From: the human T2T-CHM13v2.0 reference genome, Homo sapiens
DNA length: 64,000 nt
Assembly: GCF_009914755.1 (NCBI RefSeq)
Contig: NC_060947.1
Direction: 5' to 3' (one strand)
Shown here: in pieces, positions 24,457 through 37,225 of the stretch
How positions within the stretch are numbered: the first letter of the stretch is position 1
How the letters are laid out: the number at the start of each line of letters is the position of its first letter
Position numbers and translations under genes: made by a program
The notes under the pieces: model-generated
The model's database searches: none
Seen by the model: the letters and a program-made list of their open reading frames with translations, nothing else
What the model was told of the DNA's origin: nothing

Positions 24457-24532
24457 TTTTTTGTAAAATAAAAGCAAGTTTATTAACAAAGTAAAGGAAT
24501 AAAAGAATGACTACTCCATAAGCAGAGCAGCC
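24457..24532 (-). mobile_element. Polyadenylated MER41-like LTR R-region fragment (L1-mediated retrocopy)
   Basis: Reverse strand reads gctgctctgcttatggagtagtcattcttttattcctttactttgttAATAAActtgcttttattttac+An; TSD atttcttcatt / acttcttcatt. Confidence 0.75.
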
Positions 24533-24829
24533 ACTTCTTCATTGTTGTAAAAAAATATAAAGATTACTTGAATAGTTGTGGTGTAAATCATAATTTCTAA
24601 TTATAAATAATTTAAGGATACAACAAAGTACAAAAAGAAAGTTAGAAAATGTCCTTAAAAGTTCAATATTTCAAAATAACCACGTGAATATGAGATGAAC
24701 ATCATCTCAAATGGCTCTCCTAAACATTGAAGGATGAAGATACAGATACATAGAAACCCCTTATAAAATGGGCTCATACCCTACATGCTGTTTTTAAGCA
24801 AAAACTGTACTTAACTTTATTTGTATTTT

Positions 24830-26200
24830 ACATAAAAGAGAAAAACTGAAATGAAACTATCTTAATTCTGACAATAGGTACAGGGGAAAATATCTCGTGA
24901 GAATTTTTAATCTGGTAGCTCCTTTGGGTTTTCAGGTCGAATTCACTCCAGATGTGTGGTCTAAAAAATTTCAAGCAGATAATTTTATTTAATGTGCCTC
25001 CAATTTGGTAGCACTCCAAGGCAAATGGTAGAACCAAATACAAATCCTCTATGGAGAATAAAGTGTCAATGAATTCCCATAGATAAAGCTACAACCTAAA
25101 TGAGCAGCTCACAGTAAACAAACAAACATGAAGCAACAACAAAAAAAACAAGAAAATCATAAAACACACAAGGAAAGAATGCACTGTAAACAAAGACCAA
25201 GAGAAGAAAAAGAAACAATAGAAACAACCCCTAAAGGGTTTAAACACTGATATTAACATACTGTGTTTAATGTTTAAGGTAATAAAATTGAAGATTGAAA
25301 CTAAGAGGAGGGAATAGCAGATTTTTAAAAGAATTATATGTAATTTATAGACATCAACATATAATAATTGAAATTCAAAACTCAATGACAGTACTAGTTA
25401 GCAGATTAAATGCAGCTGAAAAATGAATTCATGTATTGGAAAATATACCAGAAGAAATTATCCAGCACATAGTTCAAAAAGACAGAGATGGGAAATATAA
25501 AAGCAAGCACAAGAGACATGGAAGATTGAGTGATAGGTCTAATGTCATTGATGCGTCTGTTGAAGATAACAGAGGAAAAGCAACATTAAAGAAGTAATTG
25601 CTGACAATTTTCCAAAATTACTCAAAGAAACCAATCCTCAGATCCAGGAAGTCAAAGTGAATCCAAAGTAGAAAAAATAAATCTTCATCTAGAGGTACTG
25701 TAGTGAACCCAAAGAATATCTGTGTTCAAGAAACAAGATACCTCAGAAGCAGTCAGAGAAAAAAGACAGATTACCAAAAAAAAAAAAAAAGAAGGAATAG
25801 CAATGATGAATGACATTTAAACAGCAACAATTGAAGTGAGAAGACAGTGGAGTAATATCTCCAGTAGACTGAGAGAAAACAATTGTCAGCCTAGATTGTA
25901 CACACAACAAAAATATTTCTCAAAGTGAGGCAATTAAAGATATTTCCAGATAAATAAAAATTGGGTATCTATTACCAAAAACAAAAAAAAAAAAACCACT
26001 AATGGAAATTTTCAATGCTACACTTCAGATAAGAGAAAAAGGATTCCAGCTAAAATGAAACATAAAAATGTGAGTGAAGATATCGGTTAATATGTGTGTA
26101 AATCTGAAGAGACACAAATGATAAAAAACAATAAAAACAATTTCTAATTTATGAAGTTAAAAATAGTCCAGAAATAAAATACTGGACAATGATATCATTT
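24830..26200 (+). mobile_element. HAL1 or old L1 ORF1-region relic
   Basis: A-rich ORF1-like decay: caaatcctctatggag, ctcacagtaaa, aattttccaaaatt...cctcagatccaggaag, gagaagacagtggagtaatatct. Confidence 0.6.
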
Positions 26201-27534
26201 AGCATTTTGAACTAGTGTGAGCCCTTGACCCCTGTGCTTTCTGGACTTAATAGTCCAAATAGAGGAATATCTGAACTGCTGAACTGCAGTTTGGAACTAC
26301 TGTCTGTTGCTGTGTGTTGAAACGATAGAAAATAGGGAGGACTCATGCGACCAGCTGCCCTTTGAACCCTGGGCATGGCTTTAAGCTGAGCTGGGCAGTT
26401 ATGCTTATGTTGCAGCTAGTCTAGCACTTCATCCTCATTGTTCTATAACTAAAGCTAAATGGAAGAATGGATATTGGGTTAGAAACCTAGAACTCTCTCC
26501 CACAGCTGTATACTTACATCAAGTTGTAGCTGGGAAGGATGAGGCTCAGAGAGGTCACAAGGCTGATGGCTGACAGTGAAGGGGCAAGAGTTTGGTTTTA
26601 CTGACTCTGAGTTTAGTATTCTTTCTCCAGGTCCATGTAATCTCTTTGTTGTTACAGCAGTTGTTTTCCATTCATAACTCTTTGCAACAAGGGTGTTTAG
26701 TTAGAGGATAGCATTTGGATCTGATGTCAGGCACCTGTCTGTGGATTGCTGGGTTATTTGTCCTTGGTCTATAGGCACCTGAAGGAGGATTAACTCAGGA
26801 TCTCTGAGCAGATTAGGCAGTATGAGATTCCAACTTCATGACTTTCAATCCACTATGAGGGGAGCCTCTAGTGAACTGCGAAGTAGTTTCCTTTCTCCCA
26901 GGAGTCACTTCCAACACTAGCTCTCAGAGGTCTCAGGCCCTTGTCTGACTAGGGCTCATCTGACCTTGGAGTAATCCAAGACTGTTGTTGATTAATTTTC
27001 AATAGAAAATCCTTTTAAGTTTATGTGTCTTTGTGGATGTAGGTCACTTATTTGGTGTAACACTAAAGCAGGGTAGCCTTGAAATTTTTAATAAGAGAGT
27101 TGACATTTTTCAGAGAGGAGAGCGAGAAACTAGTTGGGGCCTTAGGCAATCAAAATAACAGTGAGAATATGGTGGTTGTAGCAATAGTTTCTGCTGGCTT
27201 GAGGCCAGAAAGCTGACCACAGAACTTAGAAATAGGCCACATGTGGATTTATCTTCAGGGATTTCAGGAAAGGGGTGCTCCAAGATACCAAAAATATGAC
27301 TGGCACATTTTGGAGATAATTAAATTGTCTGTTATCTTCATATTAATAACAGCTTGTTGGAGGAAAGAAAAGACTCCACAAAAGAACTTGACATTCTGAT
27401 AAAAGGATTTGCTTACACTATTCAATTTAACTGTACGTTTTTATATCATGTATGAATTTTTACTTAAAACAGATCTTGATTATATGTGCTTATTCTTTTA
27501 AAAAATCCTCCTTGCTGACTATTCATTTTTCTCA

Positions 27535-27740
27535 TACTTAGCTTAGATGACACTTCTCATAGGAAGTTATCAAACCTTCATATCATGAGAGATATCCCTT
27601 TCCTGTGCTCACAGTTTCCTACATTATACACTATGATGTAATTGCTTATTTACTTGTCCATCAATATCCCCAGTGCCCTGCACCTGGCACATAGCAGACT
27701 TCAGTGATTATTAGTTGAATGGAAGAATGAATGAAAGAAT
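27535..27740 (+). mobile_element. L2 3' end
   Basis: tatccccagtgcc...cctggcacatagcag...ttgaatggaagaatgaatgaa. Confidence 0.7.
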
Positions 27741-27976
27741 GTACGTAAATTTTTGTGAGGGTTTGTAGAAGAAAGAATTTGCATCTGATTGGGTGAAATA
27801 TAAGATACTCTCTAAAAGATATATCATTAGAGATATGTTTAAAAATATATAGAGTTTCATAAAGGGGAAAAGGCAAGAAGAATTCCAGACAAAGCAAAGG
27901 AAACATCATGAGTAAACCACAGACACAGGAGCAGTAAAGTTTAACTATGTAATGGCCAGTTCAGATTGGCTAGATC

Positions 27977-28131
27977 TGTGATTCTCAAACTCGACACACA
28001 TTAGGATCACTTGAAAGGCTTATTAAAATCCTAAAGTTACTGATTCAGTAGGTCTTTTGTGAGCCCCAATAAGTTGCATTTCTAACAAGTTCCCAGATGA
28101 TGCTGGTCCAGAGACTTTGAGAACTATTGAG
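27977..28131 (-). mobile_element. MER5A within an antisense L2 relic (~27760-28300, 29700-29820)
   Basis: tgattcagtaggtct...ttgcatttctaacaagttcccagatgatgctg...tttgagaactattg. Confidence 0.85.
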
Positions 28132-28310
28132 CTGCAGCATAGTGTATTTGGAAGGAGTGGTAGTAAGTAAAGATGGAAAGATAGACTGGGGCTAAACTGT
28201 GGAAGGTTTTAAATGATAAGTTGAATATTTTGTGTTATTGGTAGGTGCAGGAGAGTTATCAGAGAGTCTTGAATGTGGAAGCAATTTAATCAGAGCTATT
28301 TCTTTCTCTC

Positions 28311-28750
28311 TTTTTTTTAATGAAAAATATTTATTTATTATAAACCTATTTTTTTGTTGTTGTTGTTTGTTTTTTTTTTATTATACTTTAAGTTTTAGGG
28401 TACATGTGCACATTGTGCAGGTTAGTTACATATGTATACATGTGCCATGCTGGTGCACTGCACCCACTAACTCGTCATCTAGCATTAGGTATATCTCCCA
28501 ATGCTATCCCTCCCCCCTACCCCCACCCCACCACAGTCCCCAGAGTGTGATATTCCCCTTCCTGTGTCCATGTGATCTCATTGTTCAATTCCCACCTATG
28601 AGTGAGAATATGCGGTGTTTGGTTTTTTGTTCTTGCGATAGTTTACTGAGAATGATGATTTCCAATTTCATCCATGTCCCTACAAAGGACGTGAACTCAT
28701 CATTTTTTATGGCTGCATAGTATTCCATGGTGTATATGTGCCACATTTTC
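28311..28750 (-). mobile_element. L1PA2 3' fragment, the youngest L1 here, inserted in the tail of an L1PA7
   Basis: Reverse strand has ctaatgctagatgacGAGttagtggg (not Ta ACA or preTa ACG) and ctgcacaatgtgc; TSD tttctctcttttttt. Confidence 0.9.
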
Positions 28751-28764
28751 TTTCTCTCTTTTTT

Positions 28765-29680
28765 TAAATTACATGTTAAGTTCTGGGATACATGTGCAGA
28801 ACGTGCAGGTTTGTTACATAGGTATACATGTGCCATGGTGTTTTGCTACACCCATCAACCCGTCATCTACATTAGGTATTTCTCCTAATGCTATCCCTCC
28901 CCTAGCCCCTCAACCCCCGACAGGCCCCAGTGTGTGATGTTCCCCTCCCTGTGTCCATGTGTTCTCGTTGTTCAACTCCCACTTATGAGTGAGAACATGT
29001 GGTGTTTGGTTTTCTGTCCCTGTGTTAGTTTGCTGAGAATGATGGCTTCCAGCTTCACCCATGTCCCTGCAAAGGACATGAACTCATCCTTTTTATGGCT
29101 GCATAGTATTCCATGGTGTATATGTGCCATATTTTCTTTATCCAGTCTATCACTGATGGCATTTGGGTTGGTTCCAAGTCTTTGCTATTGTGAATAGTGC
29201 TGCAGTAAACATATGTGTGCGTGTGTCTTTATAGTAGAATGATTTATAATCCTTTGAGCATATACCCAGTAATGGGATTGCTGGATCAAATGGTATTTCT
29301 GGTTCTAGATCCTCGAGGAATTGCCACACTGTCTTCCACAATCATTGAACTAATTTACACACCCACCAACAGTGTAAAAGCATTCCTATTTCTCCAAATC
29401 CTGTCCAGCATCTGTTTCCTGACTTTTTAATGATCGCCATTCTAACTGGTGTGAAATGGCATCTCATTGAGGTTTTGATTTGCATTTCTCTAACGACCAG
29501 TGATGATCTTTTTTTCATATGTTTGTTGGCGGCATAAATGTCTTCTTTTGAGAATTGTCTGTACTTATCCTTTGCCCAGTTTTTGATGGGTTTTTTTTTC
29601 TTGTAAATTTGTTTAAATTCCCTGTAGATTCTGGATATTAGCCCTTTGTCAGATGGATAGATTGCAAAAATTTTCTCCCA
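28765..29680 (-). mobile_element. L1PA7-like 5'-truncated LINE-1
   Basis: aagttctgggatacatgtgcagaac...; 20-bp repeat TTAATCAGAGCTATTTCTTT at 28286-28305 and 29681-29700 brackets both L1s. Confidence 0.92.
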
Positions 29681-30957
29681 TTAATCAGAGCTATTTCTTT
29701 AGAAAAATTAATCTTGCAGTGGCCAAAAAGATGGCTTTATGGAGGTGGGTAGTTGGGGGTTGGATGGAGAGATTGTAGGCAGAAGGCCAGTTAAGAAGTG
29801 AGTCAAATATTCCAGGTTTTAAAAAACCATTCTATATTGCTGAGATTTACCTTTTAAAATGTTAATCATTTTGAATGGAAATCTTCTTAAAATATATTAC
29901 ACACTCTCTGCTTTCCTACAGAGGGAACCCTGAACATAATGCATCCTTTCGATGACTCCAAGTTATCATTCTGAACATCAGTGATTGCACTGGGTTGTGA
30001 CACAGTGTGCTCTCATGGGTATGGAAGTGTAAAGAGCTTTTTGCCCAATTCTAAATGCCCTGGAACTGCTGTGAATTTTTAGTTTTGTGTCTTCTATTGA
30101 TAGCATTTCTGACTCTCCCTTGGCAGCTCCTCTCTCCATTTTAATTGGCTGATTCTAATCTGCAATGGGCTGGAAAACCAGATATAATTGTTTGTAATGT
30201 AAGAGTAAATAGAGTATGGGTGAAGTACTCTTCTATGAATAAAATCTATAAGCTTTGGGGTGTGAACTCTGCAACATTTATTTGGGCTGCTTACAGGTCT
30301 TTTGATGTTCTTTCTATTTTATGGCTCAATTCCAGGTAAATGAGATTGCCAAGAAGATAAGAAGTAATGTGTTGTCAGTAGGAGTTTCACGACTTTTCTT
30401 TCCAAATCATAATACTTGGATGACTTATAAAAGCCATAATTATGAGTAAATTCACTTCCAGGAAAAGAGAAATAGCATTTTAAAAGACACATTTATTGTT
30501 TTCAGATCACTCTCCTCCATCTCCCCTACCCTGATAGTCATTTGAAGTTAGACTCTAGACCACAAATTATTTGTGATATTCCTCTTGAGAAGTCACCATA
30601 GAAGGTGCAGAAAACTTTCTGATATATGAGATGATAGTGTTTATTAAAGTGGTAAGACAAACTTTCTTTGGAATACTGTTGGGAGGTAGGAAGACGGGGA
30701 AATCCCCACTATGTTCATAGCATATTGAGTCTCCGAATAGCCTGCCTCTTTTCAAAGGAAGCAGAGTCCCACAAAAGTCTTCAGGTAAACTGCATATGGG
30801 CCCTGTGGAGTTTATTAACTTGTTTTTCAACAAAGTGTAAATGTTGCAGATATAAATACAGTTAGGGGAGGGGAGGGGGAGAGAGGGTACTAGGCCAAAA
30901 TATTTATTATCACAGTGACATTGTAAACCAATTAGAAAACATTTACTCATTAGTTTG

Positions 30958-31035
30958 ATTATATATATGTATAATATGTGTATCTGTATATATATGTGTG
31001 TGTGTGTGTGCACATATATATATAATATATATACT
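30958..31035. repeat. (TA)n/(TG)n compound simple repeat
   Basis: Directly visible. Confidence 0.85.
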
Positions 31036-32064
31036 ATTGACAGAAGAAATTGCTTATGAAGTTATCAAATTTTATTCTTAAAAGAAGAAGCTAGAAAACA
31101 AGACCACAAATGACAAAACATCCTAGTTAGAGCCCAGATGGCTGCATAAAATAAATAGCCATTTCCTTGATGGAAGCATAGGCAATTTGGCTTGTGAAGC
31201 TGCAATTCCAGCAGAGATCCTTGAAACAGATGTTGATATTGCTTTTGCATCAAAGCTTTCTCAAAGAGCAAGATGTTCAGGTAGCAAGATAAACAAATAA
31301 CCGGTACCTTCAAATTCTTGTTAGTGCCACAGGGAGACAGTGCTCCCCCAAAAGGAGATTGCCTCAAGATATCCAGAGCAGAACACACAAGCACAAAAAC
31401 TGGAGGAAGATGAAATTTTTCTAGTGTTCTGTTACAGATGAAAGCAGCTCCCAAATCTCCATTTTGCTTGTGTTCATTTTGATTCTTCCATTCTGCCTCC
31501 CTGTATAGCTCTGCCTCTTCAAAGTCATGTCAGAGAGAATACTACATTAGCTGTTCCTTTGGGGAGGATGAAAGGAGTATAGGGAGGAAAGCGAGGATGA
31601 TTAGGTTTCTGGCAGATAGTGATAAGTGTCAACAACTTTACAACTGTAGGGAATGGTAGAAACAAAGACCATAGTTGGAAAAGAGTATGATGCATTTATG
31701 GGCTGGTGGCCAGAGAAATATGGCTAGAATATAGGGTTTGTAGAGGGAAAGAGAAGGTTGAGAAGAAGCATGAGAAAATTGAGTGAAAAATAATGATTGG
31801 GAAACTTTAAACTCAATAACACTCCTTCAAGAAACCTTGTACTAGTAATAATTGTCTTAAAAATTTCCATCTGATATCTTATTTGAGAAACAGCACTTGG
31901 ATTTCAGCAACTTCAAAAACATTCACCTTTAAAATGTACAAAAATATCAGGAATTTTAAAAGTAAGATGTTTAGAAAAATTTTAGTTATAATAATAAAAG
32001 GGTTTTTTTTACAAACAAGGAAATATCATGTTTTTTATATCTGTCCTGTAAAATATTCATCAGC

Positions 32065-33090
32065 AGTAGTAAAAAAGATGTCACTACAGATGTCTTAGAT
32101 ATTAAATAAGAAATTATTATGAACAATTTTATACCAGTAAATTTGATAATTAAGATAAAATGGACAAACTCCTAGAAAATGTAGCAAAATTAATTGAACA
32201 AGAGTTAGAAACCTGAGTAGTTCTATAACAATTAAAGGAATTCAATCACTAATCAGAAGTCTTCCCACAAAGAAAACTCCAGGCCCATATGGCTTCATTG
32301 GCAAGTTCTACCAAACATTCAAATAACAAATACTTTCAGTTTTGAATAAAATTCCAGAGAAGAGAAAATCAGTCAACATTCCCTGACTTATTTCATGAGA
32401 TGAACATAATCCTGATTCTGATGGATGAAAACAATAAAATCAAGAAAAAATATAGAAAAATATCATTTATTTCAATAAATGAAAAAATTCAAACCAAATA
32501 TTATCAAATAGAATTCAGCAACATATAAATAGGATAAATCATTATGACTGTCTTAGTCCATTTTGTGCTGGTACAACAGAATACCTGAGACTGGGTAATT
32601 AATAAAGAACAGAAATTTATTTCTTACAGTTCTGACTGGGAATTTCAAAATCAAGTGGCTGGCGTCTTGCAAGGGCCTTCTTGCTGCATCATTCTATGCT
32701 AGAAGGTAGAAGGGCAAGAGAGGGAGAGAAAAGGGGCCCAAATTACCCTTTCATAATAAACCCACTCTGGAGATAACAGCATTAATTCATTCATGAGAAT
32801 GGAGTCCTCATGGCCTAATCACCTCTTAAATGTCCCACCTCTTAATACTGTTAAAATGTTAGTTTTATTTCAACATGAGTTTTGGAGGGGCCAACCATTC
32901 AAACCATAGCAAAGACAAGGTACAGTGTATCCCAGGAATGCATGATTACTTTACCTTCAGAAAAATCGAACAGTGTAATTCACTACATTGACAAATTAAA
33001 AGAGAAAAATCATATGATCCTCTCAATAGATGCAAATAAATCATTACATAAAATTAAACTTTCATCTGAAAAGGGTATTTATTAGAATTA
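32065..33090 (+). mobile_element. Old L1 ORF2 relic
   Basis: aaatggacaaactcctagaaa, ccaggcccatatggcttcattggcaagttctaccaaacatt, catatgatcctctcaatagatgca. Confidence 0.85.
32549..32911 (-). mobile_element. MST/MLT1A-type solo LTR
   Basis: tgtcttagtcc...acctgagactgggtaatt...cattcaaaccatagca; TSD atgac/aagac. Confidence 0.88.
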
Positions 33091-33099
33091 TACAGTAGA

Positions 33100-33770
33100 A
33101 GTAGAGATGTCCAGAATGGGAGAATAAGAACCTCCATAAATTTATCCCTCCATAAAATAAGTGAAAATTCTGGCCAGAAAATATGTCAAAATAAACCTTT
33201 TCAGCCCTCTATAAATTAATCAAAGGCTTAAAAAAATTTGAGGGGGATTTACAGAAGAGGCACTGCTAAACCTCAGTAAGAAAAGCAGGGACTGTGGCTT
33301 TTAAATTTCTCCTATTCCCACCTCCATCTCCCCAGCTCTGTGGTAGCCTTGAAAACGAGTAGCTTCTTCACAGTGACTGGGCTATGCAAACTAGTGTCCT
33401 TGCAACTACTGGAGAGGCACATCAGTTTTATAGCTCCTCAAAAAATCCCATTCTCAAGAGAATTTCCATTGTTTGAGATCCCTAGAAAAAAACTCATTTA
33501 TAGGGCTTGTCATTACTTGACCTGACTCAGTGCTTACTCCTCAGAAAAATTCCTCTTCCTAGGACATTTGTTGAAAATAATCAATGACAATTCTTCAACA
33601 TCACAGCTACATGAGGCTGTGATACCAGTTGGGAAAAGCAAGAACATGGAAAAAAAAAACCACAAATGGAAGATCTGGGAACTACATGTTAATATGGGGC
33701 TTTGAAAGCTCTTATACATGTTTTAGATCTAGAAGAACAGAAACATGTGTTGGACTGTGAGAAATCCTGA
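33100..33770 (+). mobile_element. Old L1 (L1M4-class) 5' region
   Basis: gtcaaaataaacctttt...aaattaatcaaaggctt, ggggctttgaaagctc typical of old L1 5' ends. Confidence 0.6.
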
Positions 33771-33784
33771 ATTCAAACAAATGA

Positions 33785-34537
<753 letters not shown>

Positions 34538-35513
34538 GGGATCATGATTTTTAACACATATAACCATTGCACTCAGAATCCCACTTGTAACTCTTCTGAT
34601 TTCTAGTACAGTTAAAACAGTTTATAAAATGCTCTTGAGGGCAGCCAGAAAGACTGCTGGAAAAAGCATTAGCATTTTTTGGCAGCAGTCTCAAGGGATT
34701 CTCAGGGGGAAGATGTCTTGGTGTAAAGGCATTATTTTAAAGACACTGGCTTACACTAACTATCTGATTTGCCATTTCTAACATTTATAGTTGTAAAACG
34801 TTCAACTGCAGATAATGCCTGCCTTTTAGTTTTTTGTCTTCAGCTAGTAATTCAGTCCAGGAGACTGAAACACAAATGAAAACACATTTTTTCTCCATGC
34901 AAGCCTCTCACCAGGCTTCATTTGCTCAGTAACCAACCTGGCAGAAGATAAGTGTCTTTGGAGCATAATTTCATTATCATTCCTTCTTTTTACATCCAGA
35001 GAGAGAATTATCTCTGGGTTCATGTTAAGTTGGTAAGGATCTCATACTCTCATACTCTCATATCTAATCCCTTAAAATCTGTACACCCATAAGGTTTTTT
35101 CCTCTTGATCTTCTCATAGGCACTGATTAGGTATGCGATGGAAAGTAATAGGGGTATGGGCATGACTATGGACACATACAAGATATAGAGGGCCAATCAA
35201 TGAGCACCTTGTAGAATATCCTCTAACCTCACACAATGTAAGTCACTTAATGGAATGCAAATAATCAAGCTGGAAAGAAGACAGGTACCGGGGTCAGCAT
35301 ATGTTCCTCACACCCATCATGGGTAGTCACATTCTCTCTCCTTTTTTTCTTTCTTCTGGGGAAATGTAAGTGGATGAAAATGCCTCTGAGACACCACACA
35401 AAATGTGCTAAATTCTTTGCTGGCATCTAATATTAGTACTTTGCTTTCTCTCTTTCTTATTAAAATCTACCACAGGATTATGGTGTGATAGATATGGGAA
35501 GGATTATAAGGAT

Positions 35514-36317
35514 TGTGATGGTTAATTTTTTTATTATACTTTAAGTTCTGGGTTACATGTGTAGAATGCACAGTTTTGTTACATAGGTATACACGTGCCA
35601 TGGTGGTTTGCTGCACCCATCAACCCATCATCTACATTAGGTATTTCTCCTAATGTTATCCCTCTCCTAGCCCCCCACCCCCCAACAGGCCCCCGTGTGT
35701 AATGTTCCCTCCCTGTGTCCGTGTGTTCTCATTGCTTAACTCCCAATTATGAGTGAGAACATGTGGTGATTGGTTGTCTGATCTTGTGATAGTTTGCTGA
35801 GAATGATGGTTAATTTTATGTGCCGACTTGACTAGGCTAAAGGATGCCCATATATTTGGTAATACATTATTTCTGGGTGTGTCTATGAGGATGTTTCAGG
35901 AAGAGATTAGCATTTGAATCAGTAGACTGAGAAAAGATCACCTTCAACTGTGTGGGTGGTCATCGTCCACTTCATCAAGGGCCTGAATAGAACCAAAAAG
36001 CAGAGGATGGGCAAATTTGCTTTCTGCTGGAGCTGGGACATTTATCTTCTCCTACCCTTGGACATAGGAGGTCCCAGTAGTTGGGCTTTCAGATTTGAAC
36101 TGGGGCTATACACCATTGGCTCTCCTTGTTCTCAGGACTTTTGGCTTGGACTGGAACTATAGCACTTACTTTCCTAGTTCTCCAGTTTGTAGGTGACAGA
36201 TAATGGTACTTCTCAGCCTCCATGATTGTGTGAGCAAATTCTTCATAATAAATTTACTTCTATATATCTGTATATGTACAATTGGATCTGTTTCTCTGGA
36301 GAACCATGACTAATATT
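35514..36317 (+). mobile_element. MLT2 (ERVL) solo LTR
   Basis: tgtgatggttaattttatgtgccgacttgactaggc...tgtttctctggagaaccatgactaata. Confidence 0.88.
35530..35803 (-). mobile_element. L1PA7-like short 3' fragment in the MLT2 LTR
   Basis: TSD TGATGGTTAATTTT at 35516-35529 and 35804-35817. Confidence 0.92.
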
Positions 36318-36486
36318 GGGATATCCTAATCCAGTGGTTTTCCAGTTATACTCTGGAGAGACCTCTCTGGGCCACTATAGAGGGGACTTGATCCCCTATT
36401 CTAGAGCAATCAAAACAACTCTACTTTATTCATTTATTAATTGAGGAAATATTTACTTTACACGTACTATATGACAGGCATGAATT

Positions 36487-36503
36487 GTGTCTGTGTGTGT
36501 GTA

Positions 36504-36549
<46 letters not shown>
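36487..36549. repeat. (TG)n microsatellite in an L2 relic
   Basis: About 20 pure TG units plus imperfect flank. Confidence 0.95.
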
Positions 36550-36551
<2 letters not shown>

Positions 36552-37044
36552 AAGACCCATTGGTGAGAAAGAAAAGAACTTGAATTCTTGGAGGCACTGA
36601 AAGGTGGCCCAGTGTGATTGAGTGTGGAGTAGGGATAGGAACAATGAGAGAGTGATGAGGCTAGAGGAGTAAAGGTCTGCTTTTTGTGGTGGATCCTGGG
36701 TTTCTGGACTCAGAAGACACCCTTTTCATAGAAGAGTATGTCTGGGGGATGCTATGGCTTTTTCACATGTACCTCAATAGTCTATTCTCTCAGATGGCAG
36801 TTATATTGCCGGCCTAATTCATATGGAAGAATATCTAGGATAGCGTGATATGCCTTTGGTAAATGTACTTTGGAAAATGAGGTGGTGGGTGAACAGGAAG
36901 AGTTATAGATCTGTATCCTCCAAGTCCTTGCCTCTAATTATCTGGATTAAAAAAATAATTAGTTAAAATCTAGCTGTTATTTCCAGGGATTCCTCCTGGA
37001 AATAATGTGCCAATGTGGGAATATGTTGCTTTGGAACAGTAATA

Positions 37045-37225
37045 CTTGTCGTCCATGCGTGCTGGACACTTGGCCAGAATTATTTCATTTAATCTTCATA
37101 ATAACCCTATGAAGTAGATACTATTATTATCCCAATTTTATTGATTTTTCAGATATTAACTTACCCCAAGTCTGATAGCTAGTATGTAGCAGAGCAGGAA
37201 ATTGAACTTAGGTGGTCTTGGCCCT
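37045..37225 (-). mobile_element. MIR
   Basis: tcatttaatcttcataataaccctatgaagtagatactattattatccc. Confidence 0.8.

Noticed and set aside
28232-28720. 162-aa ORF; possible L1HS-Ta insertion
   Set aside because: Antisense L1 3'UTR; the diagnostic trinucleotide is GAG, not ACA or ACG.
30567-31454. 148-aa and 129-aa minus-strand ORFs
   Set aside because: The first begins in a simple repeat; neither has domain or coding-like features.
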